A DNA stretch of 64,000 nt from NCBI RefSeq assembly GCF_902652985.1, contig NC_047023.1, forward strand, positions 32,488,001 to 32,552,000, in the 5' to 3' direction. Below the pieces are notes generated by a model. The model had not been told where the DNA came from, searched no databases, and saw only the letters and a program-made list of their open reading frames with translations. Shown here piece after piece: positions 55,056-64,000 of this stretch. Position 1 is the stretch's first letter, and every line of letters begins with the position of its first letter. The DNA is from Pecten maximus (Eukaryota). Position numbers and translations under genes: made by a program.

Positions 55056-57349
55056 TATTTCAGTTTTGTCTTTCTTTGTGAGCTTAGAGGGAATGGTTTA
55101 TTCAGTTCATCATACACAATGGCTTATACTGTTTACCAAGTATGAATGATACTGAATACATATACTAGTACATAGACAGCTTACATGATAAACTTTGTAT
55201 GTACTAGACCGTGGGGTGGGGATCTGGAACACGCCTCTATGATATAACCCAGCTATCCTCACTAATGCCACACACGCTAAAGGACCCGTGGAACTGATAT
55301 ATCACTATTTATCTTCCATTACAGTAACCCTACCCACTGTATCCATGGAATCCCAGCCACATTTTCCTGTCAGCAACACAAGGGCGTGTGGCGCTCTAAT
55401 TCAGAAATTGACACTATCTATCGAGGAAGATAATGATTCCTCTGCTTGTCACTTCGTTAACGGAGAAAGTCCTGAAGGGAGATTGTAAATGAAAGTTTAG
55501 GGCGCGCCATTTGTTAACGTTACAACACATGAACTTCACGTGTAGATTAGACAAAGGCAGACGCGGATCCGTATGTTTATGATGCATTAAAACACTTTTA
55601 CTTTTCCAAATTAATGTACGTAATCATGCACTACTGTTCTTTCTCTGTATCTAGAAGCATAGGGACTTGGTACGATTTCCCAACACAAGGTTATAATTAA
55701 TCGGTAGGCTTCTGATGTTTCTTATTAAACCTTTTAAAATATGAGTTTGGCCGACAAGATGTTGCTCATGCAATATCATGTATTTTAATAGATATCGGAT
55801 AGGGTCCTTACATATAGGTTTATTATTTATACCAGGCCCCTGTGTATGGAAGGTAGATGTTCAAGGACGTGTGTTAAGTAGCAAGATAAAACATCAACAA
55901 AATGGCGCATGTTTTGCGTTCTCGAAAGGATAACAAGTGATATCCTCTGAACCCTTTTTACAAGTGATGAGCTTAGCTGACTAATATTTAGACGCCATTG
56001 AGCGTGCGGTGAATTGTGTATATCGTATTCGCCCACTTTTGTTCAGATTAGGAAGCGTGTTGCTTATCAAGACGGATTGTTTCTAGGGTAGTGACCGTTT
56101 GTTTTTCGTATCCAAATGAAACATTTAGACAAGTTCTATTGACACCGAACTAGCGCCAATTATACCGTCCTGATAGACACTCTGCCTTCTAACTCGTACA
56201 ACGGGTTTATTTTCCGATATGCTTATTGCCAAAATGGTGGCTATTTCTCAACTATCACAGATAAAGCAGTTGCATTTGCTATCGGATTACTATCGGAAGA
56301 CACGATGGTTTTTGCTGTAATGCATACCAGGAAGTCTGAAAACACATTTTCTAGACGATAAAATTCTGCGATATAATTATAGAATAGTTACTTGGGGTAG
56401 ATGGTATACAGTTCTGTTCCATCTCTGCTTACAATCGGGTCTCTTGAGAGTAAATCGGAAACAACCTTATTTTAATGCCACAAAGAAATTAAAATTGCAC
56501 TATTTGGTTTTTCCTCTAACATAATAAGGTATCTATAAAGATACTTTTTCCGATAATCTTTAAGAACGGATTTATGGAAATATCAAACTTGATTCATTTG
56601 CATGAAATGGATTACTCAAAGCGTTAATAAAACCCTGTAAACCTCGAATGTCTGGATGATACAGCTTATCTCTGCTACACTTCAACTTGTGCTTCCTGAC
56701 ATTTAACTCTTCCTCTTCCTCGCCTATCTCCGTAGTAAACAGAGACAGAGACAGACAGATACAATTATGACGTTATCTTCAATTGGTGTTTTATTTATGA
56801 GTTATCTCGATCATCTAGCTGGCCTTTACATACCTCCACTGCTAAAGAGTTACAGCTAGCATGTATGCAGAATATAGTGTCTGCATGGTGTAGTGCAGGT
56901 AGGCCGAAGAAATAAAGGTGATGCTGACTTGTAAACGCTATTTATTTTATATAATAACATATTGATATTCAATCGTCATACTATGATACTCGTATATGAA
57001 TGACTATATTGTAAATTGGTAAAATTGTCGATCTAATGGAATGTTTTTTTTTTATATGATTGTGACTATTGAGGACTACAGGGTAAACACATATTGGTAA
57101 AAGGAAATGTACACAAGGTAAGTCTGGTTGGAATTAAATCTTTCGGGAACTGATAATGTTATATTGATTTTTATAATTTTGGCATTGGTTGTACAAATCG
57201 CCGTCTGGCTCTATGTTGTGCTAATGCTTGAATTTTGCGAATTTTAACCGTTTGACATAGATCTTGAAACAATCACTAAACTGTCCTGAGCATTTACCTA
57301 AAATATTGAACTATGATTAAACATTGGTAAACACCAATACTACATCCCG

Positions 57350-57725
57350 TACATCAACCCTACATTCCTCTACACCAACCCTACATTCATGTACACCAAC
57401 CCTACATTCATGTACACCAACCCTGCATTCATGTACACCAACCCTGCATTCCTGTACACCAACCCTACATTCATGTACACCAACCCTACATTCATGTACA
57501 CCAACCCTGCATTCCTGTACACCAACCCTGCATTCCTGTACACCAACCTGCATTCCTTTACACCAATACTGCATTCCTGTACACCAACCCTGCATTCCTG
57601 TACACCAACACCGCATTCCTGTACACTAACCCTGCATTCCTGTACACCAACCCTGCATTCCTGTACACCAACACTGCATAACTGTACACGAACCCTGCAT
57701 TCCTGTGCATTAATACTGAATTCCT
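57350..57725. repeat. 21-bp minisatellite (~17 copies)
   Basis: Unit CCAACCCTGCATTCCTGTACA. Confidence 0.95.
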
Positions 57726-57883
57726 GATCGGGCTACAATGGTTTTAACTGATTCATCCTTCGTAAGTACAATACATAGCGTATAACAGAATTCAAAACAG
57801 TGTGTTTACAATGGGAGCAAATTGGTTAACAAAACGCTGGCAGTGGAGCTATGTTAGAGATAACAGAGGTGCCAACTTATCAC

Positions 57884-58685
57884 AGGGAACAATACAAATG
57901 GTGCCTTACCATTATACCATTATACCGCCAGGGGAGTCTTACTGAGGGAACAATACAAATGGTGCCTTACCATTATACCATTATACCTTACCATTATATC
58001 ATTATACCTTACCATTATACTATTATACCATTATACCTTACCATTATACCATTATACTATTATACCATTATACCTTACCATTATACCATTATACCATTAT
58101 ACCTTACCATTATACCATTATACCTTACCATTATACCATTATACCTTACCATTATACCATTATACCTTACCATTATACTATTATACCATTATACCTTACC
58201 ATTATACCATTATACCTTACCATTATACCATTATACCTTACCATTATACCATTATACCTTACCATTATACCATTATACCATTATACCTTACCATTATACC
58301 ATTATACCTTACCATTATACCATTATACCTTACCATTATACCATTATACCTTACCATTATACCATTATACCTTACCATTATACCATTATACCTTACCATT
58401 ATACTATTATACCGCCAGGGGAGTCTTACAACGGGAACAATACAAATGGTGCCTTACCATTATACCATTATACCATTATACCCGCCTGGGGAGTTTTACT
58501 GCGGGAACAATACAAATGGTGCCTTAACACTATACCATTATATCATACCATTATACAATTATACCATACTATTATACCATACCATTATACCATTATACCA
58601 TACCATTATACCATTATACACCATTATACCATTATACCATTATACCATACCATTATACCATTATACACCATTATACCATCTGGGG
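57884..58685. repeat. Compound repeat: CCATTATA / CCATTATACCTTA runs punctuated by a ~40-bp cassette
   Basis: GGGAACAATACAAATGGTGCCTTA occurs 4 times (~57884, 57946, 58433, 58503), separated by variable-length 8/13-bp runs. Confidence 0.93.
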
Positions 58686-58873
58686 AGTATTACTACACGA
58701 TATTCTATCAAACAAACAACGGAATTGTTCTGTTTTCGTTGTTATGTAGTTCTGTACCAGTTCTAGAAATATTCAAGAGACAAAGAAGTATAACATGTCC
58801 GACCATGTAGCAGCATCGACGATTTTAATTTTATAACGGGTAAGACAAAGTATGAAGCTTGTGTATTATACGG

Positions 58874-59327
58874 GTATTAAAAACACAGGAGGGAAACCCG
58901 ATATAAAAACACAGGAGGGAAAACCGATATAAAAACACAGGAGGGAAAACCGATATAAAAACACAGGAGGGAAAACCGATATAAAAACACAGGAGGGAAA
59001 ACCGATATAAAATCACAGGAGGCAAAACCGATATTAAAACACAGGAGGGAAAACCGATATAAAATCACAGGAAGGAAACCGATATTAAAACACAGCAGGG
59101 AAAACCGATATTAAAACACAGGAGGGAAACCCGATATAAAAACACAGGAGGGAAAACCGATATTAAAACACAGCAGGGAAACCCGATATAAAAACACAGG
59201 AGGGAAAACCGATATTAAAACACAGGAGGGAAAACCGATATAAAAACACAGGAGGGAAAACCGATATTAAAACACAGGAGGCAAAACCGATATTAAAATC
59301 ACAGGAGGCAAAACCGATATTAAAACA
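58874..59327. repeat. 26-bp minisatellite (~17 copies)
   Basis: Unit AAAAACACAGGAGGGAAAACCGATAT. Confidence 0.95.
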
Positions 59328-59883
59328 GCGAAGGTCGAATATAAATATATCCACACGGTGTTTCCAATGTAAACGAACAGTGTTAAATTCTGCATGAAGA
59401 TCCATGAAAATGTACAGGAAGAATTAAGACCATGTGTTCCGAGAGGTTAAGTGTCCTCTGCTTCACTAACGACACTCACTTTGCTGCTCACGTCACTACA
59501 ATGTATTATAATCATTATCTGTTTTGATATTACTTCCTTAATCATTTAGTTAAGCTACTTTATCTAGATTCAAAAATATATACATATACATTCAATATTG
59601 GCATACCATCAAACTTCAAATTGTGCTTTAAAAGTTTACCCCCTCCCCGGGAAAACGTGACATTCCAGAGTCATAGAATTCACGGTTTTCGAAAGCGCCT
59701 TCACTCGATTCCATCTATAAAATGTGTTTGATACATCAGAAATATAGTTCGTTAGTATGTTGGTATTTTCTGCTGTTTTGTGACCAGTAATCATCGATTA
59801 TAAGGTATTAGGAGGTGTGATGTGTTTAATGTAATGTTTCATCGTATGTGGGGGAGTATGGCAGGATTTATCCTGGATTTGCT

Positions 59884-61320
59884 TTTGGCCCCGGATATGA
59901 CGCGACAGGTGGCGTTACTGGTCAAGATGAAGTATGTGATTGGTCAATGTAGCGGTCAATGCAAAATGCAGATATGCAGTTAAAAACGAAACAAAGTTAA
60001 GATTGAATGCAAGCTGATTAAGTGGATGTATCTTTTCAAATGACACATATGCAGTCGTAGTATCACCAAAAATGATTCAAATTATAATTTTGTTATCACA
60101 TGTTAACGCATTAGTTGGTTAATTCATTTCGCCAGCAGTTTTACATTAAAACCAGCAGCATTAAAACTATGCCGTTTATCTTTTTTAAAGATATTCCTTT
60201 TTTGTATTGTTGTTTTTTGTTGTTTTGTTGTTGTTGTTTTTGTTTTACTTTTTTTATTTTGTTTTTGTTTAAACCTTTGAGAGTGGTGATAGTGTAAAGT
60301 ATTCATACCTTTTATGATATATAACATACATTTGTATATAACAACCTAATCTTGCTTACAATCGGTCATAATTAGTCTTGCCGGCCATGTAGTGTCTTAA
60401 AGTACCTGTATATTAGCCACAATCCCCTGGTAATATGATATCTAACACAGGAAGTTGTAGGAGATATGTCTCGCCTGGCAAACTACATTAATATCTATCA
60501 CTGTATACACCACTCTGAGCCTTTCTAAGTACATCAGAGTGAGGATGCTTCAAAACATACAGAGATGGGCTCAAGTTTCACCAGTCAAAATGACTTTGTG
60601 ATTGTCCAATACCATACAACTCTGAGTGGCAGTATTGCGTTTACAGGAAGTGTAATATATCATATATGAACCAATCAAATTTGATATTTAGCTATCATTC
60701 GTACTTTTATATAGCCTTGTGGTATAGCATCGGAAATGCTGCCCGTTCTGGCAAGCTAACATATTTTTACAGCTGCATCTACTGGGTATATTTATCATTT
60801 ACATGGTAAACAATTTTTGTTCTATATATACTGTAATGAAATATTTGCTGCTAATTACAATTCTACATTACAACTTCGTCACGTGACCGTGCTATAAAAT
60901 ATTCTATGGTACTGTCACGAGACCGCGTCATCACTTGACGTATTTTTCGGCATAGCCGTATAATATTCATTTGGCCCCGGATATGACGCGACAGGTGGCG
61001 TTACTGGTCAAGATGAAGTATGTGATTGGTCAATGTAGCGGTAGATGCAAAATGCAGATATGCAGTTAAAAACGAAACAAAGTTAAGATTGAATGCAAGC
61101 TGAATACGTGGATGTATCTTTCCAAATGACACATTCATAAAATTATATTCCTGATTCAAATGCAGTCTTATTATCACCAAAAATTAATTATTCAAACTGA
61201 TATAATTTTGTTATCCGTGCTGAAACGCATTAGTTCGTTAATTTATTTCACCAGCACTTTGCAGTATAACCACCATAATTAAAAACTATGCCGTTTATCT
61301 TTTTTTTAAGATATTTCTTG
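59884..61320 (+). repeat. ~320-bp local duplication (59884-~60205 and 60970-~61320)
   Basis: tttggccccggatatgacgcgacaggtggcg...gcagttaaaaacgaaac... repeated 1086 bp apart; the first ~130 bp are nearly identical. Confidence 0.9.
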
Positions 61321-64000
61321 TTTTGTTTACCTGTCATTTGTATGGCTCTCAAATTGAGAGATGAATTTCTCTTGCTATTGTTCTTGTGAAATTGGAAACA
61401 GCAAATATTACTATAAAGCGCTCGATCAGGAGTTTTGAGTCGTATGTTAACAGCCCAAGTCACAGGAAATTGCGATGAAATTAATCTTTTATTAAATCTT
61501 TGCTTGACATCCAACTATGTGATAAAAATTAATTCAATGCATTCCCTTGGTTTAATAATAAAACCTATTTGTTGGTATGTAATGTGGTTCACTATATTGC
61601 ACGAGACCGAATAAAACATGGACACAATATTTCTCCTCGAATCAAATTTTATTATTTTATCACTAGAAATATTGTACAAGACACAAGATGTTAACATCCT
61701 TAAAAAGGATTAGATACGGAAGAGCCCAAATGAATTAAACTGGACAATACAGTTTGTCCTAGGTATCGTCAGTGATGATATGGGAAGCGACCAAAACACG
61801 AAACAAGAAAGAAGAAATGCCAAATCCTGGATGGGAAGATACAAAAGACTCGTAATTCAATAAATTTTATAATTTACAATATTGGATTTGCATAATTTAC
61901 AGTATTGGATTTCAAAAGAATTGTAAGTACGTGTGTATATTCTGAACCGTGGAACTATTCAAATGAATTAAAACGTGACAAGCAGGCTATGAGCTGAAAA
62001 GTCCACCAGTCGTGTCTACCATTTACAATCTCAAAGGAGTGTGCAGAAGACACACGGGATATTAGCACCTTTCAAAATAACTCCAGGGTTAGATACAGTA
62101 GGGCCAAAATACTCATACTGCACCATACAGCCAGCTGTCTTACTCGTCAGTAATGCCAATGACCTAAAATTTTGATTATAGGAGGCGACCAAAACACGAA
62201 GGTGATGAATACCTGCATAGTATCAGAAAATGTTCGTGTTTTTATAAATTATTTTGCTTCGTTTAGGATCTACAAGGTACGCTTTATTAAGATGTAATGC
62301 CAAAATATGTCATTTTCTGGTCATTGGAAGAATATTTTTGACGATTCTAGGTTAAATTGGACCAGATTTGTCTTGGGGTGTGACAGAGAAATCCTCCTCA
62401 GATATTCTTGAACTAATCGTTCAATAGTGAAAAATTGTCTTCGAGGGAGGTGATGCCCCAGTCCTTCCCTAAAGTTGAGGAATCATACTTTGCCCCTTTT
62501 CCCGAATAACCAGACGTCATCGCCCACGTAATAAAATATCGGGAAAATATAATTTCACAAATACATTAATGTAAGTACATTTTGTCTCCAGATGTCAATT
62601 CCTTCTTTCCTTGACTGTATTTGACAGCCTCGTGTCCAGGTTGACTTATAAAATACTTTCTATAGATAGACCCAGCTAAATGCTACATTTGAGCAGTGAT
62701 GCAGTACTATCGAAAGGGAGACCACAGTGTATCATTGGTTTTGGCGAAATTGTAAGCCGATCCCAGTATCCGGACTGCCATTTGACAGAAAGTTTGATAT
62801 CCATTCATTAAACCCTATTGAGATCAAAACAAAACAAAACCACAACATTAAGTTAAAAAAAAAATACTATGACGGGACAGGATATATCGTTGAAAAAAGT
62901 AGACTTCCACTCATACCTATGTACGGTAGCAAGTAGGGTGCAGGATTTCCGTTTTTGTTTGATGTTCGTTTTTTTATTTATGACATTTCTATCATATGAT
63001 ACAGTCTTTGTCATATTCTTTTTCATCTTTTTTTTCTTTTTTTATCAAGCACGTTTTCGTTTGGCCAGTCTTATTTACAGCAGAACATCAACTTTCACAC
63101 TGTATAATGGGACTGGGGAGCCTTATATGGGAGCCTAATTTGCATGTTATCTCGTCCTCTCGACGATTAGATTGCTCAAGGATTTCTATCGATATTTATG
63201 TAACTACACATTTTTCGGAACCCAGCGTTACGTGAATTTTTATTAGGGGTACAGACAATCATAAATATGCACTTTGTTCCGTTTAATCGAAAAATTGTAA
63301 TTTGTTTCTGCGGTGAGAATAAGAACCGGTTGTAGTGTGAAAACTAACGAGTATTCCTCTTCCCACCTTTTTGACCCGACGGTGATCGTATCTTAAACAA
63401 CAAACACGTATATTTATATCTTTTGTCTTCTCACATTTATACAATAGCCTGCGACGTTTAAGTGGCTTGTTTACGTTTGGCACACTTCTGGTAAAATACA
63501 CACTAATATCCTGTGCACGCGGTCATCAACACAAACAAAGGCAGACATTACCATTCCCTGAACGGAAGAGTGGACACATTTATCAAGCTTGAGTGTAGGA
63601 CAGACATTTTCTACCAAGGAAGAAGTTTCTGCCTATATCCCTCCTCGAGTTTTTTGTTTTAATTTCTACAGGCCTGATATTAGTGATCGAGGAATATTTC
63701 AATACCTGCCAGAAGTGTTAAATTCTTTGCAGAAAATATTCAGCTGGCTGATTCACACTTTTAGGTCTATTTACAGCTTTGAGTTTTTTTCAGCTCATCA
63801 ACACCTTGTTTTGGTATTACATGTTTTGTGATTTTGAAATACTGTATAGGGTGTTAGTTTTAAGGGTTAATATGAAATGTATAATAATTTCCTTTGTCAA
63901 GACAGTTCTTATTTAAAATGTCAAATCGGGTTATATAGGGTATGTTTTAAGATATAACAGTAAAAATGATCGTAATATGAATATAACAATGTTACAATCT

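Noticed and set aside
57317-59405. Repetitive ORFs (TPTLHSC, IIPYHYT, etc.)
   Set aside because: Translations of minisatellites that happen to lack stops; no exon support.
61680-62220. Faint resemblance to an RTE-type LINE fragment
   Set aside because: Too degraded to support without a profile search.

Overview
AT-rich animal genomic DNA. The repeat content suggests a bivalve or other mollusc (inference). Two spliced host genes converge tail to tail. ZFR (+) has 22 coding exons from 17730 to 35761 (~962 aa; three C2H2 RNA-binding fingers plus a DZF domain). A RASL12-like small GTPase (-) has 4 recognisable coding exons from 39216 to 44347; its P-loop exon was not found. The left 14 kb is a cluster of mobile elements: a Penelope-like relic, a SINE, a tandem tRNA-LTR mini-retrotransposon (Helenus-type TRIM) fused to a decayed Gypsy pol and a Gypsy-type LTR, and a near-intact single-ORF CR1-type LINE with a 12-bp TSD and a 2A-like peptide. 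The right 20 kb is intronic or intergenic, with minisatellites and MITEs. Main leads: (1) the TRIM/Gypsy chimera is joined at a shared tRNA-Lys primer-binding site, pointing to the TRIM's autonomous helper; (2) a 48-bp repeat copies the RASL12 switch-I exon end with its splice donor 15 times, in frame and stop-free; (3) tandem duplications recur on splice sites, and ZFR has several candidate poison or alternative exons. All coordinates were read by eye and no searches were run.
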